Virus record (IMG/VR): IMGVR_UViG_3300050343_000163
DNA: 64,000 nt
From: a virus
Reading direction: 5' to 3' (one strand)
The position numbers were made by a program, and so were the translations under genes. The notes below the pieces were generated by a model, which was not told the DNA's origin, ran no database searches, and saw only the letters and a list, made by a program, of their open reading frames with translations. This document shows, one piece after another, positions 18,337-28,294 of the stretch. Every line of letters starts with the position of its first letter. Positions within the stretch are counted from its first letter, which is position 1.

Positions 18337-19520
18337 TGCTTCTGAAGAGTAAAGTTGTTGTATGCAAACTCCATACGGTTAACAAACTTAATCATACTGC
18401 CATCCTTATGCAGAACATATCCTTCAGGAGTTGTGACCTTATATCCTTTCTCTGTCTGGACAAAAGTCCTGAACTCTTCTAGGTGGTCAAGTTTATCTAT
18501 AACCATTTGCTTCACTGCTTGCAATTCTTTGTACAGTGTTAGCATTGCTTTGAACTTGTCATTATTTTTCTCAACATATAATTGACTGCCATATACAAGT
18601 TCTCTTTTCTTAGTCAGGTTTGCAACTGTTTTGATCTTGGCAAGTTCTTTACTTGTTTTCTCTTCATAGAAATTGAGCATGGAATACATTGTTTCATCAA
18701 TGTTTCCAATAGAACGAGCATTCTTAATTTCATTATTGAAGAACTGTTTTAAGTATGATGCAATATGAAACTTAGCATCTCCAGTAGTTCCTGTTTTAGT
18801 AACCAACTCATCTAAAAAATCTCCACATGTACTACACATGCGTTCAATAGTGGAGATATAACGATCAAACTTACCCATCTCTGCACGAGAAAAACCAACT
18901 CTATGCATTGGTGTATCATTTTGAATTACTAAAGCTTCAGTAGATCCTTTTACTTTTGCACCAGCTCTTGCTTGCATGTCAGCAACTACGTCTCCAGTAT
19001 AATGAGTATGAAATACTACACCAACTTTTGCAGTGCCTGCTGCCTTACCAATAGGATGATCTACTGGAATACCATAAGTAATAGTATTTGGTCTGAATGT
19101 ATACAAATCTTCTCCATTAATTCGTTCCCTTCTAATATCAGAAGTAAATAAAAGATCACCTTGTACCACACCTTCAATACCTAAAGTAGAAAAATAACGA
19201 AGAGAGAATTTTAATTTTTCTGCTAGGTCACCATCATACCACCCATCAATCTGTTCTTCACTATAGCAAAGTTTAGGAGCAGTCTTTGCAAATACAGATT
19301 TGGTGCCAACAAAAAACATTCCTGTCTGAGGATCTGTGCCACAAATAACTGAAGGAGCACCGTCCCATTTTGTTTGCATAAAACCACCACTCTCTTGATG
19401 ACCCAACATTTTCTTAAGTTCTTTTAAAAAAGACACAGCAGCTTTACAACCCTCAACTCCATAGTTGAGCATTTCATCTTCTAGATGTTCTAAATGTTTT
19501 AGCTGTTTAATGTTTGACAT
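18327..19520 (-). CDS. Conserved hypothetical protein (DUF6267-like) with ligase-type nucleotidyltransferase motifs
   Basis: TKWDG (motif I), VQGDLLF (III), GVVFH (IIIa), PEGYVL (IV), IKFVNR (V). Confidence 0.6.
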   Translation of the reverse strand: MSNIKQLKHLEHLEDEMLNYGVEGCKAAVSFLKELKKMLGHQESGGFMQTKWDGAPSVICGTDPQTGMFFVGTKSVFAKTAPKLCYSEEQIDGWYDGDLAEKLKFSLRYFSTLGIEGVVQGDLLFTSDIRRERINGEDLYTFRPNTITYGIPVDHPIGKAAGTAKVGVVFHTHYTGDVVADMQARAGAKVKGSTEALVIQNDTPMHRVGFSRAEMGKFDRYISTIERMCSTCGDFLDELVTKTGTTGDAKFHIASYLKQFFNNEIKNARSIGNIDETMYSMLNFYEEKTSKELAKIKTVANLTKKRELVYGSQLYVEKNNDKFKAMLTLYKELQAVKQMVIDKLDHLEEFRTFVQTEKGYKVTTPEGYVLHKDGSMIKFVNRMEFAYNNFTLQKQWR

Positions 19521-20761
19521 TACTTCTTATAATAATCTCCATTGGTATGTGTAGGATAAACTCCACCTTGTTTGTTTCTAATATTAAATTTGAAATTATA
19601 TGATTTAGTTTCAAATAACATATCAATACGTTTACCTTTACCAGTAGCACCACCATAATTAATCTCAACTGTATTGCTAACAAGAGAAGCAGCTTTGTTC
19701 ATGTAGTCTCGATCGATCTCATAAAATTCTAAATGAGATCCTGTATAATGCGCCATCCAATATCCATAACCAACTCCACTCTTAATCATATCCTGTAATG
19801 CTGTCTTACCAGAAGTTGATAGTTTAGTATCATCAACATGATTTTCTACTGTAGGACCACTTTTAGTTCCGTAGTTAGCAAATACATCTAAAAATTTTTG
19901 TTGATCTATACCAAACATTTCTAGAAATTCTTGACCATCATCAGGCACTTCACCTAGTTTTAATTTTGCTTCTGGAAATAAAGCTAGATTATCTTTACCA
20001 CTACTACGTACACCACAGTTAAAGAAAGATAATGTGCTTCCAAACTTTACTGAGATGTATACTGGTTTGTTAGCAACTGTCAGTGTAATATCTGTGATAG
20101 TCTTTCCAATATCATTTGTAGTTGAACCACCAGCAGAGATAACAATATTACTTCCTTTCTTTTTAAGAGGACGTTTCTGATTCTTTTCACCCTCGCCTTT
20201 TGCGAAGGTAGGTCCTTCTCCAAATTTTTTGACCATGGCATCAATAATCATATTGACATGATCTGGATATTTTTTAGGTTTTTTACCAGAACAATAATCA
20301 ATTAAGGATTGAGTAAGATCATCTTCATAAACATTACCCATATTAATTTTTTTACCACCTTTGATTTGTCCACCAAACTCACTAGTTTTTGTAAAGTCTT
20401 CTAAGTCTAAGTAAATATCAACACTACTTACAGCACGAGACACATTTTTTCCAGCAGGAAAATTGCATGTAAATTCAATATTGTTTTTACCACGAAGACC
20501 TTCTCTACACACAGCATCAAAAAGCATCTTTGCAGAATTTTCTTTACCAGCATTTCCTTTGATACTATGAAAATCTTGAAAGGGTGAAGTTACATACTTA
20601 CCTGCATTTTTACGAGTGACTGTAAATCCTGCTACCTCAACAATACCAATGTCTGTTGAGAAAAGATTTTCTTTTCCATTACGTCTTAAAGCTTTATCAA
20701 ATAAGGTATCCATACGATCAAGATACCTTCCACCATTTCTGAAAAAATCTCCTGCTTTCAT
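19520..20761 (-). CDS. Putative PD-(D/E)xK-fold nuclease
   Basis: GNVYEDDL helix followed by TITDITL...YISVKFG (D...SxK variant). AT-rich. Own late promoter and RBS hairpin. Confidence 0.5.
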   Translation of the reverse strand: MKAGDFFRNGGRYLDRMDTLFDKALRRNGKENLFSTDIGIVEVAGFTVTRKNAGKYVTSPFQDFHSIKGNAGKENSAKMLFDAVCREGLRGKNNIEFTCNFPAGKNVSRAVSSVDIYLDLEDFTKTSEFGGQIKGGKKINMGNVYEDDLTQSLIDYCSGKKPKKYPDHVNMIIDAMVKKFGEGPTFAKGEGEKNQKRPLKKKGSNIVISAGGSTTNDIGKTITDITLTVANKPVYISVKFGSTLSFFNCGVRSSGKDNLALFPEAKLKLGEVPDDGQEFLEMFGIDQQKFLDVFANYGTKSGPTVENHVDDTKLSTSGKTALQDMIKSGVGYGYWMAHYTGSHLEFYEIDRDYMNKAASLVSNTVEINYGGATGKGKRIDMLFETKSYNFKFNIRNKQGGVYPTHTNGDYYKK

Positions 20762-20764
20762 ATG

Positions 20765-20799
20765 AAAAAACCTCCCGTCTAACTATTTAGAGGAGAGGT
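20765..20799 (-). promoter_or_regulatory. RBS-sequestering hairpin containing a late promoter
   Basis: ACCTCTC-C-TCTAA-ATAG-TTAGA-C-GGGAGGT-TTTTT. CTAAATA (20784-20790) lies inside the hairpin, and the SD GGAGG is in the 3' arm 9 nt before ATG 20761. Confidence 0.7.
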
Positions 20800-20980
20800 C
20801 GAGATAATCTTTTTCATTTTGATATGGGTGTGTTTGTCCTGTCCACAATTCATATCCTTCTTTAAGTTCTGGCAAGAGCCACTGGTCCACCCGAACACAT
20901 TGTTCCCAGTTGACAGGATGAGCACAATTCACAACTACCACAGTAAAGAATGCTCGTAAGTGGATCCAGAGACTGAGCAT
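20783..20980 (-). CDS. Conserved hypothetical protein
   Basis: 65 aa, HPVNWEQCVRVDQWL; coupled to mazG. Confidence 0.7.
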   Translation of the reverse strand: MLSLWIHLRAFFTVVVVNCAHPVNWEQCVRVDQWLLPELKEGYELWTGQTHPYQNEKDYLDLSSK

Positions 20981-21384
20981 TATCTATCGTCAACAGCACG
21001 AACTTCTGAGTTGTGAACATTGAACTCACCACCAGGATAACGCTTCTTCAGTTTGTTGACGTTGGTTTCAATTACCTCATCGAAGGATATATCAAGTGCC
21101 ATTGTAGCTTGAGCAACGTACCACATAACATCACCCAACTCAATGATAAGATGCTCACGATTATCTTCGTTCCACGGTTTTCCTTGGAAGACCATCTTCT
21201 TAATGATCTCAAGGAACTCACCACCCTCAGCATTAATTCCAACCCCAGCAGTAAGAAGTCTCTCAATATTGGCACCTTGTCGATCAAGATCACCAATACG
21301 ATCAGCAAAGTCAACAAAGTTTGTAGAAGCGTCTGAAGTAACTGCTGAAACAAATTCTTCATAGCGTTCAAATTTAATAGTCAT
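20980..21384 (-). CDS. mazG: MazG-like nucleoside triphosphate pyrophosphohydrolase
   Basis: GINAEGGEFLEIIKK...ELGDVMWY...NKLKKRYP. Confidence 0.9.
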   Translation of the reverse strand: MTIKFERYEEFVSAVTSDASTNFVDFADRIGDLDRQGANIERLLTAGVGINAEGGEFLEIIKKMVFQGKPWNEDNREHLIIELGDVMWYVAQATMALDISFDEVIETNVNKLKKRYPGGEFNVHNSEVRAVDDR

Positions 21385-22766
21385 ACGTTCCACTCGGCAA
21401 ATTTAGATAGTCTAGATTGTGTGTCAGCAAATTGCTGGAAGTCCTCACCAGGAGCTTCTTCATTGATACCAATAGCTGAGGCATCATCAGCAACATCATA
21501 CAGCCTCATCTTCGATCTGTCAATTCCCACCATGAATTTTCGTGAGGTAACGATGTCTGAGTATCTGTTTTTAAGTTGTTTGACCATGATGCGACCTTGT
21601 TGTTCCAACTCCTCAGTAGAGATAAGGGCAAACATAAAATCAGCAGTGGCAGGAAGACCAAAAGACTCAGAAGTATCGGTAAGATCTGGATCGCTATTGC
21701 CAAAACCAGAACGAGTGGTCTGAGTAGCACTAACAATAGGGACGTTATGTTCCACAGCAAGACCCCGAAGCTCCTCAGCAATCGCCTTAACATAGGTATA
21801 CGAGTTAACAACGGCACCTTTGTACCTCACGCTTGCACATATATTTAAATAATCAATGAATATAAGATCTGGTTTAAAATCTTTTTTTAATCTGAGATCG
21901 CTTAGAAGTCCTTTAAAATGTCCCACATGTGCAGAAGCTGTTGGATACTCCTTGATAATAAGTTTGCCCTGAGTTTTCCTAGCGATCTCATTAACCTTAC
22001 TGGTAAAAAGAACCTCAGGTAATTCTGTAATATCTTTTACAGCAACGTTTAAAAGATTTGCGTCAATTCGTTCAGCAATCTTTTCCTCTGCCATCTCACA
22101 TGTAATGTAGAGAACGTTGTACCCCTGTGAGAGAGCGGCACCAGCTGCATGGCACATGAATAGAGACTTCCCGACACCTGTACCAGCAAGAGCGACATTG
22201 AGAGTCTTGTTAGAGATACCACCTTTCGTGATAAAGTTAAACTTTTCAAGATCAAAGGGAACCTTCTCTTCTTTGCGATGGTAGAATTCATATCTGTCTG
22301 TTGCTTGTTCAATATAATCATGTCCTATGTGTTCGTCGAACGATACCGCCAAGGCTTCTTGGAGTATGGAGGGTATCGCATCTCTCGAAAGTTTTTTATC
22401 GCCTCCATCTGCGATCTTGATCGAGGACATAAGGGCGAGATAGATTGCTCTGTCTTGACACCATTTTTCTGTTGCATCGAGGAGCCACTCTTGGTCAACC
22501 CATTCGTCTGATAAGGAGGATACTGTCTGTACCGAACTTTGAAACGATTCGTCAGTAAGGTCATTACGATTTTGTAAGTTAATCGTAAGAATTTCTTTAG
22601 TAGGAACTTTGTCGTACTTAGAAGAAAACTCGGCAATCTCCTCAAAGATAATCTTCTCATGATAATTCTCGTAGTATTCTGCTTTGAGAAATGGGACTAC
22701 CTTTCGATAATACTCCTCGTTATGTAGGAGGTTTCTGAGGATAGTTTCTTCAATCCGTTCAATCAT
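21381..22766 (-). CDS. g41: Replicative DNA helicase (gp41)
   Basis: AGTGVGKS Walker A, IFIDYLNIC, SESFGLPATAD, QLKNRY. Confidence 0.97.
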   Translation of the reverse strand: MIERIEETILRNLLHNEEYYRKVVPFLKAEYYENYHEKIIFEEIAEFSSKYDKVPTKEILTINLQNRNDLTDESFQSSVQTVSSLSDEWVDQEWLLDATEKWCQDRAIYLALMSSIKIADGGDKKLSRDAIPSILQEALAVSFDEHIGHDYIEQATDRYEFYHRKEEKVPFDLEKFNFITKGGISNKTLNVALAGTGVGKSLFMCHAAGAALSQGYNVLYITCEMAEEKIAERIDANLLNVAVKDITELPEVLFTSKVNEIARKTQGKLIIKEYPTASAHVGHFKGLLSDLRLKKDFKPDLIFIDYLNICASVRYKGAVVNSYTYVKAIAEELRGLAVEHNVPIVSATQTTRSGFGNSDPDLTDTSESFGLPATADFMFALISTEELEQQGRIMVKQLKNRYSDIVTSRKFMVGIDRSKMRLYDVADDASAIGINEEAPGEDFQQFADTQSRLSKFAEWNV

Positions 22767-23616
22767 TAAAATTTAACCTAGCAAAGGATTTTTCACTTAA
22801 CCTTGTTTGAATTAGTTTACCATAGTCTTCATGTAATTCGCAACCCAAATAATGTCTTTGTAATGATTTGGCAACCAAGGCAGTAGTACCAGATCCCATA
22901 AATGGATCTAATACAAGATCACCTTCTTCACTACCAGCTTTGATACATGGTTCAATTAACTCTGGTGGATACACAGCAAAGTGTGCTCCCTTGTATGGTT
23001 TAGTTTTAATTTCCCATACAGTTTTCTTACGCTTCAACCCCTTACCATCCACAGTTGATTCTTTGATAGCATTAACATCAAAATAATAATTTTGACTTTT
23101 ACTAAACAAGAAAATATACTCGTGAGATTTAGTGCATCTATCTCTCACACTCTCTGGCATTGGATTAGGTTTATTCCAAATAATATCTTGTCTTAGATAC
23201 CATCCGTCTGCTCTCATAGCAAAAGCAAACATCCAAGGAATACCAATAAGATCTTTTTCTTTAAGACCTTCTAGTTTGTTACCTCGTCTGGCACATGTGC
23301 TAGGTAAATCTTGGTTAGTTTTAGATACTGATTGTTTATGAATAGCTTGACCTTTACCTGGTCTATAGTTGTAATAACTATCACCAAGATTAACCCAGCA
23401 TGTTCCATCATCAGTAAGACAATTTCTTACCTCACGAAAAACCTTTACAAGATTGTCAACATATTCTTCTGGTGTTTGTTCCAGACCAATCTGATCTTCT
23501 TCACCACCATAGTTACGTAGACCATAGTAAGGTGGTGAGGTAACACACATCCTAGCTTTACTATCAAACTCTTTAAGAGTTTCACGACAGTCACCGTAGA
23601 GAATAGTATCCTTCAA
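22759..23616 (-). CDS. DNA methyltransferase, N4-C/N6-A, beta class
   Basis: VTSPPY (motif IV) N-terminal to LDPFMGSGTT (motif I). SPPY is typical of m4C enzymes. Confidence 0.92.
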   Translation of the reverse strand: MKDTILYGDCRETLKEFDSKARMCVTSPPYYGLRNYGGEEDQIGLEQTPEEYVDNLVKVFREVRNCLTDDGTCWVNLGDSYYNYRPGKGQAIHKQSVSKTNQDLPSTCARRGNKLEGLKEKDLIGIPWMFAFAMRADGWYLRQDIIWNKPNPMPESVRDRCTKSHEYIFLFSKSQNYYFDVNAIKESTVDGKGLKRKKTVWEIKTKPYKGAHFAVYPPELIEPCIKAGSEEGDLVLDPFMGSGTTALVAKSLQRHYLGCELHEDYGKLIQTRLSEKSFARLNFND

Positions 23617-24302
23617 TTGATGCTCTCCTTAACAAATAGTTCTTCCATTTTACCATGATTCATACGGAATGCAGTACCACGATTACGAAGAGATTTGCCA
23701 ATCATCTTCTGTGTACGCATACGAATATCAATAGCAATCATATTATTCTCGATTGCAGTGCGAAACAAGTTCTTGTCAGTACCAATGAAACGGTATGCTT
23801 CATTGTAATGGAAGTATTCTACACCGTCACGTTTCTCAACGTCAGCAAATACTTTCACACATGCAGGAAACTTCTTAGCAAACTGATTAATCAATGTGTC
23901 CCAATCCCACATAACAATAATAACATTGCCATGACAGATAGCACAGTAGTCATCAGTGGTCACGATCTGAAGACCACGCTTATTAACAGTTTTAGTTACA
24001 GTAGATTGTCCACTCAACTCACCAATCTTTGTGGTGTGAGGGAAACCATATGTTTCAATATAATCTCTCTGGGGTACAACCCAATCACCCTCTTTAGCGA
24101 ACAGTGTTTGCTTACCACCAGCACCTTTACGTGCTGTCTTTAACTCATTGCCATCAATATCTGGTCCTGCAATGTTATTCTCTTCCAGTCCCAATTCTTG
24201 CTCGAAGGTGTGACCCACACCAGTGTTACCTGTACGGTGGGTTTTAATGTAACCACGTTCTTTGATCGCATTAAATTTTTGCTTGAACGTTATGAGATCC
24301 AT
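23613..24302 (-). CDS. MvaI/BcnI-family restriction endonuclease-like protein
   Basis: RTGNTGVGHTFEQELGLEENNIAGPDIDGNELKTARK...QTLFAKE matches the MvaI/BcnI PD-ExK signature. C-terminal RNRGTAFR. GAGG SD 7 nt before ATG 24302. Confidence 0.8.
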   Translation of the reverse strand: MDLITFKQKFNAIKERGYIKTHRTGNTGVGHTFEQELGLEENNIAGPDIDGNELKTARKGAGGKQTLFAKEGDWVVPQRDYIETYGFPHTTKIGELSGQSTVTKTVNKRGLQIVTTDDYCAICHGNVIIVMWDWDTLINQFAKKFPACVKVFADVEKRDGVEYFHYNEAYRFIGTDKNLFRTAIENNMIAIDIRMRTQKMIGKSLRNRGTAFRMNHGKMEELFVKESIN

Positions 24303-24331
24303 GGGTAATCCTCGATGGTTGATAGACATAC

Positions 24332-24385
24332 TATACAATGAAAAAGGGGGTCTTGCAACCCCATGTAGACAGCTTGTCAATTGCC
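24332..24385 (-). promoter_or_regulatory. uvsX terminator with embedded sigma70-type promoter and upstream dyad motif
   Basis: GGGGT-TGCAAG-ACCCC-CTTTTT hairpin. -35 TTGCAA (24355-24360), 17 nt spacer, TG-extended -10 TATAGT (24332-24337). Dyad GGCAATT-GACA-AGCTGTC at 24365-24385. Confidence 0.7.
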
Positions 24386-25390
24386 ATAGGTGAATTCTTG
24401 TTTAGCTGCTTCTTCTAGTTTTGCCATCACTTCTTCAGTGAAATACTTCTCAGGACTTGAGAGAATAGATTTAGGATAAACAGAAGATTCACCAACCTTA
24501 ATACGATTACCAACCCGCTGGAAGACCCCGTATTGTTCACCCAACTCCAATAACCCGTAATATTTGTCCAGTCCACGGTCGTCAAAAAATAGACGTGTCT
24601 CAATCTTACTACCCTCCTTAGTTAAACGTGATTTCTTTGCTTCACACTTGATGATGTTACCTACCAATTCAGTACCATCTTTCTCTTTCTTTTTACCAAG
24701 ATAGATGATAGTAGATGCAGCATACTTAAGACCTGTACCACCACCCATTTCTTTCATCGGAACATAGGAACCGATAACATCATATGTATGGTTGGTAACA
24801 ATCATAGGAACTTGTGCTTGACCCAGTTTAAGTGTAAGCACACGAAAGGCACCCTTGATCAACTGACTCTTAGTCATGTCCCTGACCTGCTTATCGTTAG
24901 CAACGTCTTCCATCTCCTTGTTAGTTGAAAGCATACCAAGAGAATCTAACACAAACATCATAGGTTCACGTTTGTCTTTAGGTTCTTTCATATACTTGTC
25001 AACGATACGACAAGCTTGAGTCCTGAACTCTTCAATAGTTGAGACAGGAAACAAAACCATGCGTTGAGAATCAATACCACGCGACTCAATCATGTCACGG
25101 GAAATGGCGGATTCAGTTTCAAAATAAATGACGCCACCTGTAGGATTATCGCGGAGGAAATTACGAACGACACTAAGAGCAAAAAAAGTTTTTCCAGTGC
25201 TTGATTCTCCTGCAAGAGCGGTGACTTTGTTTGAAGGAAGACCTCCATACAACGAACCACTAACCAAGGCGTTAAAGATATAACTGCCAGTATCAACGTA
25301 ATCAGTAATGTCGCCAGCAGCGACTCCTTCACTAACCAAACCAGCAAATTCATTGCCACTATCTTTAATTACAGAATTTAAGAATCCCAT
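24377..25390 (-). CDS. uvsX: RecA-like recombinase UvsX
   Basis: [35 protein letters not shown]. Confidence 0.97.
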   Translation of the reverse strand: MGFLNSVIKDSGNEFAGLVSEGVAAGDITDYVDTGSYIFNALVSGSLYGGLPSNKVTALAGESSTGKTFFALSVVRNFLRDNPTGGVIYFETESAISRDMIESRGIDSQRMVLFPVSTIEEFRTQACRIVDKYMKEPKDKREPMMFVLDSLGMLSTNKEMEDVANDKQVRDMTKSQLIKGAFRVLTLKLGQAQVPMIVTNHTYDVIGSYVPMKEMGGGTGLKYAASTIIYLGKKKEKDGTELVGNIIKCEAKKSRLTKEGSKIETRLFFDDRGLDKYYGLLELGEQYGVFQRVGNRIKVGESSVYPKSILSSPEKYFTEEVMAKLEEAAKQEFTYGN

Positions 25391-25554
25391 TGTGTTGCTT
25401 CGTCCTCGTAAAAGTTTACATAATTATAATTTTTGCTCATTAGTCTAGCAAAACCAAGAGCAGTTTTGTAGTCCTCAAAGCACTTAATGTCCTCGGGTCC
25501 TACTTGACCGACAAGATGGTTAGTCCATGTGACTACAAAGACTTTCTTATTCAT
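25378..25554 (-). CDS. Small hypothetical protein (58 aa)
   Basis: [29 protein letters not shown]...; ATGA-coupled to the g43 stop; read by eye. Confidence 0.65.
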   Translation of the reverse strand: MNKKVFVVTWTNHLVGQVGPEDIKCFEDYKTALGFARLMSKNYNYVNFYEDEATQWDS

Positions 25555-28040
25555 TCAAAGAAACTCCCAATGCTGATAGTCTTTTGATGCTGCCATCCAA
25601 TGCATTGTAGCACATTCTTCAGAGGTTCCAAGAAACTCTTTTCAAATTGTGTTTGGTAATCCACATACTTCTCAATACCAAACTCTTTTGGTAATTCACC
25701 AAAGAAGCTAATTACATTCTCATGTAATGGGTTTGGTGTTTTGAGATACATGAACTTAACCTTCTCACCTTCCTGTATCAAGGCATGTTTATTTTCTACC
25801 TTATGCTTTTTCACATAATGATTATACAGGAGAGCACCCCTCACATGGATTGGGGTTCCTTTGGAATAGATCTCCGTAGGGTGACGGTACTTGGCAAGGT
25901 TGTTAACTCCTCTGGGAAAGGCAACTTCTTCGTAGGGACGTTCCCTCGTTTCTGTTCGCACAACATTGATGAAAGTGATAAGTTCATCATTTGTGTTGCC
26001 GATAATAATCTTAAACGCTGCATATAACTTGTCTCTAAAATACGCTGGTGTCGATGACCTAGCGGTTTCAAGACCCATGATTTTCATCTTGGGTTCTTTA
26101 TATCTAACACCCTCACTGTCCCATACGTTAAGAATGTAACGCTTCTTTGCAGTCCAGATACCACGATCAGCGATGTTCTCACGCTTCATACTCATCTTTT
26201 GTTCATACGCCGATACATACGACGCAAGTTCTTGATATGAACGTTCGATAAAAGGTTCCAGTTTCTCTTCACAGATCTTGTCAAGTAAACCAACAACTGC
26301 TGCTTTATCACCAGACTTATGACCAAGAAATTTATTAACAAGAGGTCCGAGATTAAGATAGATTGAGTCAGTGTCGGATGCAATGACATAATCCTCCTTT
26401 TCAGTGGAGAGCAGTTTATTTAGGTATTCATTCATGCGGTTTTCAATCCAACGAATTGATACCTGACCTGAAAGAGTAATAGCTTCTGCATTAGCAAGAC
26501 GATAATACCTGAAGTGTTCGTTGCCGATAGCACCATAAGCAGAGTTCAAAGAGATCTTCTTTGCCATCTGAATATTATTACAACGGGCGATCTCTTTCAT
26601 GAGTTCAACAGTAGGAGTCTTCTCGTACTGTTGCTTTGCTTTGATCATCCGCTTCTTGAAGATGACACGAGAGTCATACATCTTCTTCATCATCTGAGGA
26701 AGAAACCCATGCTTCTCTTTTGTGTACTGTGCGCCATTAGCACACACAGCATACTCGCCGTCAATGTTTATCTCCTTACGAAGTATTCTATCAACCGTAG
26801 CTTCTGGATGTCGTTTGTCCTTGAGAGTTTCGGGAGAAATGTTGTACTGCATAATGAGGTGAGGATACAAAGAGTTGAGATCAAAAGACACAACCCAATC
26901 ATAGAATCCAGGCTTCGGTTCTTTGACATATGCCCCCGCATACTTTTCAGATTTATCGTTTTGTGTCTTAGGAGGGATAGCAATCTTACGCCTAAGAAGT
27001 TCACAGTAAATGTAGTTGTCCCACATACGAACCTGTGAGAATACATCCTCATAGTTTACCTTAGCATCATATGCCATGGTGTATGCAAGTTCAATCAACT
27101 TCATCTTGTCATCTAGTTGATCTACCAGACGAACGTCATGGATGTTGTAATCAATAAATTTTTGCCAGTCCTTCTCATAGAACTCTTTGAATGTATCAAA
27201 CTCAGAGTGATCTAGTTTCTTAGATCCAAGTTCAACAAAAGCAATATGATCTAGACGATACGATTCTTGGTTAGTATAAGTAAACTTCTTATACAACTCA
27301 AGATAGTCTAGAGTAGAAATTCCAAGAGTGTCAACTGCTAATTGTTTTCTACCTTTAATATAAATCTCACGCTGAGAAACAAGTTTCCAAGGAGACAATA
27401 GCTTCACAAACTTATCACCAAGAATACGTTCAATACGATTACATATGTAAGGCATATCAAACAACTGCACGTTCCATCCAGTAATTACATCTGGAAAATT
27501 CTCCTGCCAGTATTCAAGGAATGCACCCAACATACCTTCCTCTGATCGGAAATGCAAGTAGTCCACCATGGGGTCTTTGTTATTGTATGGACGTGCCCCA
27601 AACACAATAATTCGACCAGTGAAACTATCCTTGATGGATATAGCAAGGATTTCTTGATCGGCAGTTTCAATATTAGGAAATCCGTTTTCAGCAGCGGTTT
27701 CAATATCGATGGTAAATACACGGATCTTTGTGCTGTCAAACTTAAGTTCCTCTTCAGGATGCTGCTCAGCTATGTATTGATATAAAAATCTAGAGTTACC
27801 ATATATTTTAAATTCCTCTACCTCCTTATACTGTTTTATAAAATCTCTCGCTTCAGTGATAGAACCAAACTTATGTGGTTCCACACAATCTCCTTCTAGT
27901 GTACGCCACTCTGAATAATTTTTACTAGGCAAATACAGCGTAGGGTTGAAAGGAACCCTCACGCTGTAACGATTGCCATTCTCATAACCACGCACAAGCA
28001 GACGATTACCTGCTTGCTCAACACTAGTGTAAAAATTCAT
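25551..28040 (-). CDS. g43: DNA polymerase family B (gp43)
   Basis: DIET exonuclease I, SFDLNSLYPH, KISLNSAYG, ASDTDS. No intein. Confidence 0.98.
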   Translation of the reverse strand: MNFYTSVEQAGNRLLVRGYENGNRYSVRVPFNPTLYLPSKNYSEWRTLEGDCVEPHKFGSITEARDFIKQYKEVEEFKIYGNSRFLYQYIAEQHPEEELKFDSTKIRVFTIDIETAAENGFPNIETADQEILAISIKDSFTGRIIVFGARPYNNKDPMVDYLHFRSEEGMLGAFLEYWQENFPDVITGWNVQLFDMPYICNRIERILGDKFVKLLSPWKLVSQREIYIKGRKQLAVDTLGISTLDYLELYKKFTYTNQESYRLDHIAFVELGSKKLDHSEFDTFKEFYEKDWQKFIDYNIHDVRLVDQLDDKMKLIELAYTMAYDAKVNYEDVFSQVRMWDNYIYCELLRRKIAIPPKTQNDKSEKYAGAYVKEPKPGFYDWVVSFDLNSLYPHLIMQYNISPETLKDKRHPEATVDRILRKEINIDGEYAVCANGAQYTKEKHGFLPQMMKKMYDSRVIFKKRMIKAKQQYEKTPTVELMKEIARCNNIQMAKKISLNSAYGAIGNEHFRYYRLANAEAITLSGQVSIRWIENRMNEYLNKLLSTEKEDYVIASDTDSIYLNLGPLVNKFLGHKSGDKAAVVGLLDKICEEKLEPFIERSYQELASYVSAYEQKMSMKRENIADRGIWTAKKRYILNVWDSEGVRYKEPKMKIMGLETARSSTPAYFRDKLYAAFKIIIGNTNDELITFINVVRTETRERPYEEVAFPRGVNNLAKYRHPTEIYSKGTPIHVRGALLYNHYVKKHKVENKHALIQEGEKVKFMYLKTPNPLHENVISFFGELPKEFGIEKYVDYQTQFEKSFLEPLKNVLQCIGWQHQKTISIGSFFE

Positions 28041-28294
28041 TCAAGACATTCAATATAACGAGCAAGGAGTACCTTGCTTGGATTAGTCACTACAGTAATG
28101 TCAGAAGATCTAACATTAAACTCAGTCTCCGATGAGTGAGATGCCCAAGGAGTTAGTTGACCTTCACAGTCTACCAGATAAGGTTTGATTAACCACACAT
28201 CAGGGTCACCTGATAAAGTGTCCCCCTCAGTAGGTTCTACCTGAGCGATGATCCACTCATTCGCTAGCTTCAGCAGGTTCGCTTTCAGTTCCAT
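28037..28294 (-). CDS. Hypothetical protein (Sm-like fold candidate)
   Basis: LLKLANEWIIAQV...LIKPY...LTPW pattern. Confidence 0.65.
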   Translation of the reverse strand: MELKANLLKLANEWIIAQVEPTEGDTLSGDPDVWLIKPYLVDCEGQLTPWASHSSETEFNVRSSDITVVTNPSKVLLARYIECLE

